A stretch of DNA of 64,000 nt from an uncultured Planctomycetaceae bacterium (GTDB lineage: Bacteria > Planctomycetota > Planctomycetia > Pirellulales > PALSA-1355): contig CAWAUV010000008.1 in NCBI GenBank assembly GCA_963785305.1, positions 768,001-832,000 of the forward strand, read 5' to 3'. Made by a program: the position numbers and the translations under genes. Below the pieces are notes generated by a model. It was given only the letters and a program-made list of their open reading frames with translations, did no database searches and was not told where the DNA came from. Below are positions 29,604 through 41,015 of the stretch, piece by piece; positions within the stretch are counted from its first letter, which is position 1; each line of letters opens with the position of its first letter.

Positions 29604-31670
29604 ATGCTCGTCTCGTGGAACTGGCTCAAGCAGTATGTGACGCTCGACATGCCCCGGGAGCAATTGACCGAGCGGCTGATGATGGCCGGCTTGAATCACG
29701 AGGCCACGACTCCGCTGGGCGACGATTGGCGAATCGATCTCGAGGTGACCAGCAACCGACCCGATTGCCTGGGACACCTGGGCATTGCCCGCGAGGTGGC
29801 CGTGCTCTGGCAAAGCGAGCTGCGCCCGCCGGCGGCCGACCCCGCGGCCAAGGGGCCGAATGTCGCGACGCTCGCGTCGGTGAGCGTCGAATCGCCGGAG
29901 CTTTGCCCGCGATACACGGCCCGCGTGATTCGCAATGTGAAGGTTGGCCCCAGCCCGGCTTGGCTCGTGGCCCGCTTGGCCACGATCGGCATCGCCCCGG
30001 TCAACAACGTGGTCGACATCACGAACTATGTGCTCATGGAAAACGGTCAGCCGCTGCATGCCTTCGACCTCGCGCGGCTCGCGGGACGGAAGATCATCGT
30101 CCGCCGCGCGCGGGCGGGCGAAACCCTCCTGGCGATCAACCACAAACAATATCCGCTCGACGACTCGATGTGCGTGATCGCCGACGCCGAGCGACCGATC
30201 GGGTTGGCGGGCGTCATGGGCGGGGCCGACAGCGAAGTCACCACCGCCACCCGCGATCTGCTGCTCGAAAGCGCGATCTTCAGCTCGATGTCGATCCGAT
30301 CGACGGCTCGAAAACTGAATTTGCATAGCGACGCTTCCTATCGCTTCGAGCGGGCGCTCGATCCGGAGGGCGTCGATTGGGCGAGCCGCCGTTGCGCGGA
30401 ACTGATTTTGGACCTGGCAGGTGGAGAATTGGCCGATGGCCTTGTCGATGTGGCGACGCCAGCCAAGCAACGCCCGCCGATCACGCTGCGCTATAGCCAG
30501 CTTCGTCGGGTGCTGGGCATCGATGTGCCGGCGGCCGAAGCGCGGCGGATCGTGCTCGCGCTCGGCTGCCGCCAAGTCCCGGAGCGGGAAGTCCCCGGGA
30601 AAAATGATTCCACGACGCTCACCGTGGCGGCGCCGAGTTGGCGAGCCGACCTCGAGCGCGAAATCGATCTGGTCGAGGAGGTGGCCCGGATTCATGGCTA
30701 TGACAAGATTCCGGAAAACGTGCGCGTGCCGATGGGCGCCAGCCACCGCGCGGCCGAGGATCGCGTGGTGGCCAAGGCGCGGCATGTGCTCTCGGCGGCT
30801 GGCTTCGATGAAGCGATGACGCTGAGCGCGGTCGAGGAGCCGTGGACGCGCGGCATTCTGTCCCTGGACCAGCGAGCCGGCCTTGCGATCGAACATGCCG
30901 GTGCTCCGCCGGGCCGATCGACTGCGGGTGAGCCTCGTGCCCAGCCTGCTCGCCGCGCGGCAAATCAACGAATCGCTGGCCAATGAAGTGATCGAGCTAT
31001 TCGAGATCGCCAAGGTGTATCTGCCAAGCGAGCCGCCGCGAATTCTGCCGCGCGAGGAAGTGATGATCTCGTTTGCCAGTGGGACGGATTATCTGGCGGC
31101 CAAGGGCGTGGTCGAGGCGCTGGTGGCGGTGATCGCCCCGCATGCCACGCTTACCGTGGCGCCGATTCCCGCGGCCGCGGCCACGCTGCTCGACCTCGAA
31201 CGCTCCTGCGAGCTCCGGCTCGCATCCGCCACGCTCGCGAGTCAAACACTCGGCTACATCGGCGAGACTCCCCCGGCGGTGCGCAAGCAGTTCGACCTCC
31301 GTTCGCCGACCACGATCGCCGAGATTCGCTTGGCGCCGCTCTTGGCCGCCGCCGAGCTTGTTCCGCAAGCGGTTCCGCTGGCAACGCTGCCGGCCCTGAC
31401 GCGAGACCTGAATTTGGTGGTCGATGAATCGGTCGCCTGGGCCGATATCGAAGCCACGGTGCGCGCCGCGGCCACGCATCTTGAACGGCTCGAGTTCAAG
31501 GACGTGTATCGCGATCCACAACGGCTTGGCGCCGGCAAGAAGAGCCTGCTGCTCACGATCATGCTCCGCGGCCCCCAAGCAACGCTCACCAGCGAGGAAG
31601 CCGACGCGGTGCGCTCCGCGATCGTCGCCGCCTGCGCCAACAACCACGGCGCCACGTTCGCGCGAGCTGA
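29604..31670 (+). CDS. pheT: Phenylalanine-tRNA ligase beta subunit, frameshifts near 30850 and 31655
   Basis: MLVSWNWLKQYV, VTSNRPDCL, GQPLHAFD, SYRFER, DLVEEVARIHGYD and RDLNLVVD; lacks the tRNA-binding OB domain. Confidence 0.93.
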
Positions 31671-31734
31671 ACCGGCGAGTCCGTTCGCGATGCGCTCGCC
31701 AATAGACCAGGCAATCGCTCAAAAGCAAGCACGA

Positions 31735-31905
31735 AAACACAAGCCTGAAGCGCGAGCGAAGGAATGTCGCGGAAACACAAGCCTGAAGCGCGAGCGAAGG
31801 AATGTCGCGGAAACACAAGCCTGAAGCGCGAGCGAAGGAATGTCGCGGAAACACAAGCCTGAAGCGCGAGCGAAGGAGTTCTTTCGCTCGCGCTTCAGGC
31901 TTGTG
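31735..31905. repeat. 38-bp tandem repeat (3 perfect copies + partial) ending in an inverted copy; REP-like
   Basis: AAACACAAGCCTGAAGCGCGAGCGAAGGAATGTCGCGG at 31735, 31773 and 31811, partial at 31849; inverted TTCGCTCGCGCTTCAGGCTTGTG at 31883-31905. Confidence 0.95.
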
Positions 31906-32176
31906 CGTTTCCTCGATATTCCAACCGGCGAAAACGCCACCTCTCCCCTGTCGCAACCCGACACGTCAGCGAGGGCTCCGGCTTCGCACCCGCGCCCGGC
32001 GATTTAGTTTGAGAGCCTATCCGATAACTGCCCCCACTCCCCCTGGGACAGGAGACACGGGGGGCGGAAATTACCACAAAGTCACAAAGACGCGAAGAAG
32101 GCAGAAAAGGGAACAAGGAATAATCACCACGACGGACATCGTGGCTGGGCGAGAAGGCAACGGGGGACCGCGGCGG

Positions 32177-33127
32177 CTATCGTACGCGCAGCCAGCGCGG
32201 GGCGAGGCCCAAGGCCAGACCGACTCCGAAGCCGGCGCCGTGGGCCATGTTGGCTACTTGCAGGCGGTCTTGAACCGAGCAGGCCACCAACCAGAGCAGG
32301 CACAGAAACACCGTCGAGCCGGGCAGCGATAGTCCCGAGCCCGGCACGAAGCGGCCTTGCATCCATGCGTAGCCAAACAGCGCGAACACCACGCCCGACA
32401 TGCCGCCGAAATTGGGCCCGCGGTGAAAATACTGCGCTAGATTCGAGACCACCGCCGCCAGCAACACAATCGCCAGCAGTCGCCACGCGCCCTGCCGCGC
32501 TTCGATCAGACCGCCAAGCTGCAACAGCGCCAACATGTTGAACACTAGATGCATCAGCCCGAAATGCAGGAAGATCGGAGTCACCAGCCGCCACAGTTCG
32601 CCACGGGCGATTTGTCCCAGCCCGAAATACTTGAGCTGCCAGACATCGATCGGCGCGGCTGCGGCCAGACCGGCAGGGCTCTCTTCAAGGACCAAGACAT
32701 TTGGCTCCGTGGCGATGAACAACTCGCTGCCGATTGGCCCGTCGGCCTTTTTTCCCAGGTCGGTCGCCATCGCCACGAGCGCCGAGCAGGCCACGAGCAG
32801 CATCGTGAGCCGGCCGGAACCTTGGCCTTGGCGCTGCTTCCAGCGGTCGCCCAGCACGATCGTATTGCGCTGGGCCTTCTTCGCCTCGGCGGCCGCCTCG
32901 CGCCGCAGGGCTTCGGCCGCGCCCGCGGCGTCGTAGCGCGGGGCGGTCGGATCGACGCGAAAGGCTTCGAGCTCCTGCTTGCCGGCGGCGAGTTTTTTTT
33001 CATCGACGATCCACAGCGCCCAGCCATCGCCCGCCGTTTCGACGCGCGCGGCGATGCCCAGCGTGAGCAGGTAATCGGCCAGCCGGCGGGCGTCGGCTTC
33101 AATAGCAAGGGTTCCGGCTTGTCGCAT
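32177..33127 (-). CDS. Rhomboid intramembrane serine protease (GlpG-like)
   Basis: WRLVTPIFLHFGLMHLVFNM, GMSG and ANMAHGAG. Confidence 0.93.
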   Translation of the reverse strand: MRQAGTLAIEADARRLADYLLTLGIAARVETAGDGWALWIVDEKKLAAGKQELEAFRVDPTAPRYDAAGAAEALRREAAAEAKKAQRNTIVLGDRWKQRQGQGSGRLTMLLVACSALVAMATDLGKKADGPIGSELFIATEPNVLVLEESPAGLAAAAPIDVWQLKYFGLGQIARGELWRLVTPIFLHFGLMHLVFNMLALLQLGGLIEARQGAWRLLAIVLLAAVVSNLAQYFHRGPNFGGMSGVVFALFGYAWMQGRFVPGSGLSLPGSTVFLCLLWLVACSVQDRLQVANMAHGAGFGVGLALGLAPRWLRVR

Positions 33128-33218
33128 GGGCTGGAGGTCGGAGGAGCCAGTGATGTGGGTATTCGATTTTTTGGATCGCCGCGCGATTTCAAAAATCACG
33201 CGCCGTGGCGCGTGGGCG

Positions 33219-33619
33219 TCAAGGCTTGCGAGCCATCGGCGGGGCGTCGCCGATGCGCGCGGTTTCGAGCGTGCCCGAGGTGCTATATCGCAGCGTGAGC
33301 CTGAAGGCGCCCAGCGCGCCGCGCCAGCGATAGACTTCCTCGACCCCGGGGCCGCTTTCGGTCTTGGCGTCGGGCGGCCGATTCAGGAGCGCGTGGATGT
33401 CTTTGGCGGTGAGAGGATGCGCGGCGTCTTTGTCGGCATCCATCGCGGCTTCGACTTTGTCATAGGCGGCTCGCACCGCTTGGCGGGCTTGCATGTCGAT
33501 ATACAGCGCCACGAGCGCGACGACGAGCGCCACCGCGAGCGCCCGCGCGCGAGCAGGCGCAGCGGACCGCGGTTTGGAGAAGTCTCGCGACCAGGGCGTG
33601 TCGTTTCGCGTGCGGCCAT
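33219..33619 (-). CDS. Small hypothetical membrane-anchored protein, probably frameshifted near 33540
   Basis: Hydrophobic ALVVALVALYIDM followed by a soluble domain; N-terminus apparently in another frame. Confidence 0.45.
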
Positions 33620-33713
33620 GCCGGCAGTATTCACGAATCCCCGGTCGAAGGCAATGCGGCGGGCCAAATTATCGCGGTGAACCACCGGGGCGGCCAAGAA
33701 AGTTGGCGCTCGC

Positions 33714-34379
33714 TCAACGGGCCGCCGCCACCGGGGCGCGGGCCGCGGGCCGCGGTTCGAGCGACTCGAGCATCGCCAGCAGCTTCGCCTTGCGATCGCC
33801 GCTCGCGCGGCGGGCCGCCATCTGCAAGTAGACCTTGGCCACGCCCGGCTTGCCGTGGCCGATCGCCTCGCGCGCCTTGCCTTCGAGTTGATCGATTTCT
33901 TGGGCGCCGCGGACCGCCGCCGAGGCGCGGTGCGCCGCAAGTTCGGCAACGCTGGCGATCGGCGCCGGCTCCTCGGAATCGGCCGCGCCCGGGGCGCCGG
34001 CTGGCCTCGCGAGGCCCGCTGCTCCGGCGCGAGCGAGACCCGCGGTTCGGCGCTGGCTCGCGGCTCGGGCAAGCACGGCGCGATCCATCTCATCGAGATC
34101 ATGAATCGTGGCCGTCACACTCGACACACTCGCCCCCTGCGAGCCACCTTGGGAGCGGCTGGGCGGCAAGAATGGCGGCCCAAACTGATTGCTGCCCGAA
34201 CTCGATCGGCTCACCCCGCCCAGCGAGGTCGTGCCGCGGTCGGGCGCCAGCACCGACGAATCGGTGGAGAAATAGCTGTAGGTGGGCAATTGAAGCACTT
34301 GAGCCCAACTGGTCGCCGCCAGGGAGGCGCCGACACCGGCGGCAACCATCGTGGCAAGTCGCTTGCGGATGTTTCGCAT
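33714..34379 (-). CDS. Hypothetical secreted protein with a secretin-like peptide motif
   Basis: Signal peptide, then QLPTYSYFSTDSSVLAPDRGTTSLGGV. Confidence 0.65.
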   Translation of the reverse strand: MRNIRKRLATMVAAGVGASLAATSWAQVLQLPTYSYFSTDSSVLAPDRGTTSLGGVSRSSSGSNQFGPPFLPPSRSQGGSQGASVSSVTATIHDLDEMDRAVLARAASQRRTAGLARAGAAGLARPAGAPGAADSEEPAPIASVAELAAHRASAAVRGAQEIDQLEGKAREAIGHGKPGVAKVYLQMAARRASGDRKAKLLAMLESLEPRPAARAPVAAAR

Positions 34380-34650
34380 CGCGCGATTCCCGGGTTCCGT
34401 TCCTGCAATCCTTCAATGGCCCGACGCTCGAATTATATGCCCGCTCGCGGCGGCGAAGCAATCGAAACAGCGCGGGCCGCGAAAAACGCCCACGCGACGA
34501 ATTGGCAAGCCGCCCTGGCCCAAGTACAAAAGGAGCATTCTCACCGCTCGCCGGGCATCCGCTCGCCAAGGAACGGGCCGTTCCCGAGCGACGCCCCTCG
34601 GAAGTTGTATCGGTTTTCCATCCCTGTCGTTTTAGCAACGAGGTTTTCGC

Positions 34651-35382
34651 GTGGATCTTTCGGGCAAAACATGTGTAATCACCGGTGGCGCCACCGGAAT
34701 CGGCCAAGCCGTGGCCCAAGCGCTCGCCGGGGCTGGGGTTCGGGTCGTGATTGCCGGCCGGCGCGAAGCCAAGCTCCGCGAGGCCGCGGCCCGCTTCACT
34801 GGCGAGCCCAAGATTCTTACCCACGCGCTCGATGTGACCGACCGCGGGAGCGTGGCCGCGCTATTTGCCTGGGCCGACGCCGAGCTAGGCCGGGTCGACA
34901 TTCTGGTGAACAACGCCGGCATCAACACGCCACGGCGCATGATGGCCGATATCACGCCCGAGATTTGGGACGAGGTGATGCAAATCAACGCCACCGGCAT
35001 GTTCAACTGCATCCATGCCGTGTTGCCGCGGATGCGCGAGCGCGGCGATGGGCTGATCGTGAATATCTCGTCGGTGGCCGGCAAACGCGCATCGGCCCTG
35101 GGCGGCGTGGCCTACTGCGCCTCGAAATTCGCCGCCACGGCCCTTTCGACCGCCGTGGCCCTGGAAGAAGGGCGCCACAATATCCGCGTCACGAGCATCT
35201 GCCCCGGCGAGGTCGACACCCCGATTCTCGAACATCGCCCCCGCCCGGTCACGGCCGAACACCGAGCCACGATCCTGCTGCCCGAGGATGTGGCCGCCGC
35301 GGTGCTCATGGTGGCGAACCTACCTCCGCGCGCCGATGTGGCCGAACTCATCATCAAACCGACGAGCCAGGACTACGCGTAA
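34651..35382 (+). CDS. SDR family oxidoreductase
   Basis: TGGATGIG, NNAG, NISS and YCASK. Confidence 0.95.
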   Translation: MDLSGKTCVITGGATGIGQAVAQALAGAGVRVVIAGRREAKLREAAARFTGEPKILTHALDVTDRGSVAALFAWADAELGRVDILVNNAGINTPRRMMADITPEIWDEVMQINATGMFNCIHAVLPRMRERGDGLIVNISSVAGKRASALGGVAYCASKFAATALSTAVALEEGRHNIRVTSICPGEVDTPILEHRPRPVTAEHRATILLPEDVAAAVLMVANLPPRADVAELIIKPTSQDYA

Positions 35383-35387
35383 GCCGA

Positions 35388-37938
35388 TCATCGCGGCTTG
35401 GCGAACTCGTCGCTCGCCCTCTCGGCGCAGTGAAAATCCGACATTTCGCGCGTTGCCCGTTCGCTTCCGTCCCAGAGGACCGCGGCCTTACGCGGTCGCC
35501 ACACGCCGTCGATCTCGGCGTAGTCGTCGAGTAGGGTCTCTTGCAGAATATCGCGAGCGGCTTCCGTGATCGGGTAGGCGATCTTTACGAGGCGATGCGA
35601 TTGGGGATCGAAATAGAGCTGCACATCGCGATGCCCCTCGCGACGCACGAGCACTCCCTCGACCGCTCGCTCGCCCAGGCGGGCGTCCTTGATGAGCGCC
35701 AACCGATATTCGCGATCGGCCAGCGCGGGGTAGATCAGGCCGACGCTCTCCGAATGCATTCGCTCGGCATATTCCGCCACGCCGTCGCCGGGCAATTCCG
35801 AGACACTATTGTTGCTCTTGAGCCAACCGTGTTCGCCGTCGAGCACGAGCTGTATCTTGAAAGCGAAGCTGCTCACCGCCAGCCGATAGCGCGAGGCCCA
35901 GGGCTCGAGCGAAATCTGGCCATCGTAGGGAACCGACACCGGGCCCATGTTTACCGAGCCTTTGATTTTGCACGAAACCACGGGCTTGGCCGCCAATCGC
36001 TCTTGGCCGCCCAGCGCCGCGAGGCCGCGCTCGAGAATTTCGCGGGCTTGTTGTTTTGCCGCCGCGTCGTCGATAGCCAGAGGCGATTTGGTGGAGTCGG
36101 TGGGCTTTGCCGGATCGGCGCTCGTGGCCGGCTCGTCGAGGCCGATGAAGCCGAAATAGCCGATCATCATTTCGTCCCACGTTTGTTCGCCCCAGCGAAC
36201 GCGAGCCGTGGGATCGGGATTCGCGAGATTGTGCTCCGAATTGTCGAAGTGGGCCACGCAAACAAGCTGTGTTCCGGCCGGCAAGGTCTTGGGCTCGGCG
36301 AGCTCGTAGCGGAGTTGCCAGTTGAAATCGTAGTGGGGCACATCGAGCAGAGTTTCGGTCTTGCCGTTGGGATAGATCGCTTCGTAGCGAAACGATTTGC
36401 CGCGCAGGTGCATGTGCGGCATCATGCTGAGCAGTTCGATGTCGCGGTTGAACTTATGCACGGCCCGCACTTCCAGGTCTTCGGCGCCCGGCTCGAGCTC
36501 GAACATCACATTGAGAGCGCCGCCGCCATCGACGCGGCGCTTGACCTTGGCTGGATCGGCGAACACCAGACCCAGCGCACTGCGGTCCTTGGCCGCGGTT
36601 CCGTTGGGAGTGTAGTGCATTTGAAAGAGAATCTTGGAGCCGGCCGGAACGAAGATCGCCATGTCGTCGCGGCAGCGCACCGGCGGAATGCCCGGCGCGA
36701 ACCCGATCATCGGGCCCTTCACTCCCACGCGCGGCTTCACGCCCGGCGGAATGAAGGTGGCGATCATGTGATGCACCACCGCGCGATTGCCGGGCCGGCT
36801 CTCGGCCATTTTGATCCAATGATCTTCCTTGAAGCCGGGATCGACGGTGAAGTGTTTGTAACGCACCACGCCCTCGGCCGGCACATCGACCGGCTCCTCC
36901 GAGATATAAACCACCTGATCCGGCGCGTCGATCTGCCAGCCGGTGGCGAACTCGCGCGGGGCCGGCAAATGGCCGCGGTCGCCCTCGGGCGCGCCGGCGT
37001 CGAGCCAGGCGAAGAGCATTTGCCTTTCGTCGTCGCCCAGGTGGCAATCGTTGGCGAACTTGCCGTAGCGCGGATCGGCGAACCAAGGCGGCATACGGCG
37101 GTCTTCGACCACTTCGCGAATCGTTTCGCGCCAGGGCGCCACTTCCGCGTAGCTGGTCAGCGGAAAGGGCGCCACTTCGCCCTCGCGATGACACGCCACG
37201 CAGCGGTCTTGGAACATCCGCGAAATCTGATCGGAATAGGTCACCTTGGGGCTCGCCGCCGCCGCAGGCGGTTTGTTCGCCGGGGCGCTGATCGAGCGCC
37301 GTTGCTTCGAGCGGCGCCGCGCGGCCAATGTGGCAACCCACGGCCGGGGTCTCGGCCACGCTCACCGGCTTGCCATCCAAGAGATCAGTGATCGCGAGTT
37401 TCAAGTCTTCGCGCGAAGCGTGCGGCCGATGCTTGCCAACGAGATATTGATCGTCGATCCGGCCGTGGTAGCGAACCACGCGATCGGCGTCGAGCACGAA
37501 CAGTTCGGGAGTCCGCTCGGCCCCAAACTGGTCGGCTACCGTGTTGCCCGGGTCTTTGAGCAGCGGAAACGGTAATTTGTATTCCCGGTCAAACGCGGCC
37601 AAGTCGGCGAGCGAATCTTGGCTGTTCGAGTCGATCGCCACGAACGCGACGCGCTTCGGGCCGAACTCGCGCTCGAAGCCCGCCAGCTTCGGAATAATCA
37701 GCTTGGCGACCGGGCACTCGGTTCCGATAAACGCCACCACCACGAGTCGGCTGTCTTTCAATTCGGCGAGAGTCACCGGCTTGCCGCGAAAATCTCGGAG
37801 CGAAAAGCCATCGATCTTGCGAGGCGCCGCCTCGGGCGCCGAAGGAGTTTCGGCGCGAGCGACTTTGGGGAATTGTCCAGAGAATGCTTCGGCGAAGCCG
37901 AGCGCCGCGAAGAGCGAGAAAAGCAGAATCCGTTGCAT
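35388..37938 (-). CDS. Redoxin + CxxCH + Cu-monooxygenase-like multidomain protein with C-terminal extension, frameshift near 37300
   Basis: GTECPV redoxin domain, GCHIGR, CVACHR, MPPWFA, VVHH, QMHY, PHMHLRG and DEMMIG. Confidence 0.85.
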
Positions 37939-38248
37939 CAACGTCGACTCCTGGGAGAACTGAATCCGAACCCGATGAAATCGTTTCCGGCGATATCCCA
38001 TTTGAACGCCGGCCCCCTGATTATACCCACGCCGCCGGGAGTTTGTGTCAGCGGGGGGGGCGGGATAGATCGGAATTCGCGACGGGATCGCCTCACGCGG
38101 AGAAGAACGGTGGGATAGAACGGGGTCGCGGCGGGATCGTGGCGGGACGACACTGCCGAGGAACGGCCCACGGTGGAGGGTCGCGAATCGGTCGCGGTTG
38201 CCCGCCGCGGGCGCCGCGAAAACGGCAAGCGACCGCGGAACGCGGCTC

Positions 38249-39298
38249 TTAGAACTGGCTCGCGTCGACGATGACATTGTCGGCTCGTCCGCCGAGCGCC
38301 GCGTAGACGACCGCGCCGATTTCATAAGCGATCAAATGCACCGATCCGTCGCAGAAGACAAAATAGGGGCCGGCCAAATGGGCGGATCCGAACTGGGTGT
38401 CGCTATCGACGCCCGGCGTGTCCACCATCGGTGGACTGGCCGCGAGGGCCCATCGCATATTGTCCCAGTCGTGCCCAATGAAGAGGCTGTTATTGTCGCC
38501 CGGCGGCTGGCCCGCGGGAGGACTCACATAATAGTCGGGGCACATGTATTTTTCGCCGATTAAGAACGTGCTGCTCAAGCCATCGGTGACCATCGCCGGC
38601 TTGATTTGGCTGCGCAAGAAGGCGATGCCGTTGAAGATCGTGGTATTGGGCCAGCTATTGAATGTGGTCTCCCAAGAGCCCGAGCCTGACGGCGCGGCGT
38701 CGCCCGCGGCTAATGACGGCGGCCCCACCAGATACTCGACGCTATTCGCCGCCGATCCGGCGTTGACCGCGTAGTCGGTTTTGCCGCAGGGGGAACCGTA
38801 GCCCGCGCTTGTGTTGTAGTAGATCGGACTGTTCGAGGTGTCGGTCATCGTGTAGAGCTGCGAATTGCGCCGCGAGGGGCAATTGATGGATTCGATCGTG
38901 CTCGCGTTGAGCTGGGCGAGCAGGGTCGGCTTCATGGCGGAACTGGCGCCCGCTCCGAGTTGTCGCAAGCTTGACTGTTCGATAAACGGCAGGATGTTGT
39001 AGATCCATCCGCCGGGCTGCTGAATCGAAAAGCCCCGATCCGGATCGCCACTCCAGCAATAGCCCCAGCCATCGGTCGGGAAATAAATTCGTGCTTGGGC
39101 ATGCTGAATCATGCCGAGCCCGAGTTGCTTGAGATTGTTTTGGCAACTTGTCCGCCGCGCGGCGTCCCGCGCGGCTTGCGCCGCGGGCAGCAATAGGCTG
39201 ATCAACACGCCGATGATGGCGATCACGACGAGCAATTCCACGAGGGTGAATGCCGCCCGCGGCGCGCCGATTCGCGACTCCAACCGCGTCGCCAGCAT
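38249..39298 (-). CDS. DUF1559 prepilin-type N-methylation domain protein
   Basis: [35 protein letters not shown] and [16 protein letters not shown] (H-X9-DG). Confidence 0.93.
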   Translation of the reverse strand: MLATRLESRIGAPRAAFTLVELLVVIAIIGVLISLLLPAAQAARDAARRTSCQNNLKQLGLGMIQHAQARIYFPTDGWGYCWSGDPDRGFSIQQPGGWIYNILPFIEQSSLRQLGAGASSAMKPTLLAQLNASTIESINCPSRRNSQLYTMTDTSNSPIYYNTSAGYGSPCGKTDYAVNAGSAANSVEYLVGPPSLAAGDAAPSGSGSWETTFNSWPNTTIFNGIAFLRSQIKPAMVTDGLSSTFLIGEKYMCPDYYVSPPAGQPPGDNNSLFIGHDWDNMRWALAASPPMVDTPGVDSDTQFGSAHLAGPYFVFCDGSVHLIAYEIGAVVYAALGGRADNVIVDASQF

Positions 39299-39905
39299 TG
39301 CTTGAACTTTCCGAGCCCGGTTCGAAAGGAGTCGCATCGTGTCCGAGAAGACGTGTCCCGCGGGGGTTTCCTGGCCCGAGCCCACGCCTTCGCCAACGAC
39401 GCCGGAGTGAAATCCGACACTTTTTACTTATGCGTTCGCAATATAAACGACGGGAAAATTCCCCGCAATTTTTTTGAATATTTACGCGCGGCGAATTACG
39501 GCGCCCATGCCGCTCGCGCCGGGGAGGCAGCCGATTGCCGCATGAATTGTTCGATAATCAAGCGGCGATACGATTCAGCGGAAGATTCCATGCGTGGCCT
39601 CGACCCGTGTTTCCAATGAAAGACGCGATCGCGAGCGGCGTTTCATTCCGAAGGGAGACGCGCGGCGGCGGGCCGAGGTTCGTTTCGCGAGCGGCAATTC
39701 GCCTGTCGGGGGGGGGGGCGGGATTTGATTCTTGGCGCCGCATGGCTTCTAATTGTATCGCTAGCGACTCGCGGCGGCGCGTCCTGCCCAGTCGCTGGAG
39801 ACCGGCGCCCGGCTGCGGTCTCCAGCGGTATTCGGCGCCGTTATTATGGGAAATGTCCCGCTTCTCGCCAACGCGCACGCACCCTTCAATCAAGGAGTCG
39901 ATCTC

Positions 39906-40982
39906 ATGTCGCACCCGTCTCGTGTTTGTTCGGATTGCAACTCGGCGCCGCTCGGCGAGCATGCTCCCTCGCGGCGAGAGTTCTTGGCGCCACCGCCACG
40001 CTGGGCGCCGCCGCGGCCGTGGCTTCGCTCGCGCCCGCGCGCTGCACGCCGCCGACGCCGCAGCCAGCACGGCGGCTAGTTCCGCCGGCGCCGCGCCCGA
40101 GACCGTGGCCAAGCTGCTCTATGATTCGCTCACCGAACAGCAAAAGCCGCTTGTCGCCTTCGCCTGGGACCACAAGGACAAGCGCGGCCTCTTGCGCACG
40201 CGTGTCGAAAACAATTGGCACATCACCCAGCCAGCCATCAACGACGATTTCTTCACCGCCGATCAACGGGCCATGGTGCGTCATATCTTCGAGGGCATTA
40301 TCCAGCCCGACTGGCATAAGCGGATCGATCAGCAGCTTGAAGACGACGCCGGCGGGTTCGGCTACGATCAGAACATCGCGTTTTTCGGCGTGCCCGGCGG
40401 CAAGGAATTCGAGTTCGTGATGACCGGCCGGCACATGACGTTGCGTTGCGATGGCAACGCGGCCGAGCATGTCGCTTTCGGCGGACCGATCTTCTATGGC
40501 CACGCCGCCGAAGGCTTCAACGAAAAACCAAACCATCCGGGCAATGTCTTCTGGCCGCAGGCTCTGGCGGCGAACAAAGTCTATGAAATGCTCGACGGCA
40601 AGCAGCGCGACCGAGCGATGGTGGCCCGATTGCCCAAGGAATCGCAAGTCGCTTTCCGAGGCGAGCAAGAGCGGCCGGGCCTGGCGGTGGCGGAGATGTC
40701 GCCCGATCAGCGCGAGCTGGTTCAACAAGTGCTGCAAAAGCTGATCGAGCCCTACCGGCAGAGCGATCGCGATGAGGTCGTGGCGTGTCTCAAGCAACAG
40801 GGCGGGCTCGACAAATGTTCGCTCGCCTTTTATCGCGATGGCGACCTGGGCTCCGACAGCGTGTGGGACTGCTGGCGGCTCGAGGGCCCGGCGTTTGTGT
40901 GGTACTTCCGCGGGGCGCCCATGTGCATGCCTGGGTCAACGTGGCCGACACGCCGCAAGTGGCGACCAACGCGGCGGGCTGA
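39906..40982 (+). CDS. DUF3500-like Tat-exported protein, frameshifted
   Basis: SRREFL Tat motif after a GGAG RBS; LYDSLTEQQK, TGRHMT, FGGPIFYG, WRLEGP and HVHAW (last in the shifted frame). Confidence 0.75.
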
Positions 40983-41015
40983 AGCTCGCCCCGAGTGTCG
41001 AAAAGGCCCCGGCGA

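Noticed and set aside
31735..31905. Possible CRISPR array
   Set aside because: The units are identical with no unique spacers, the array ends in an inverted copy, and no cas genes are in the window
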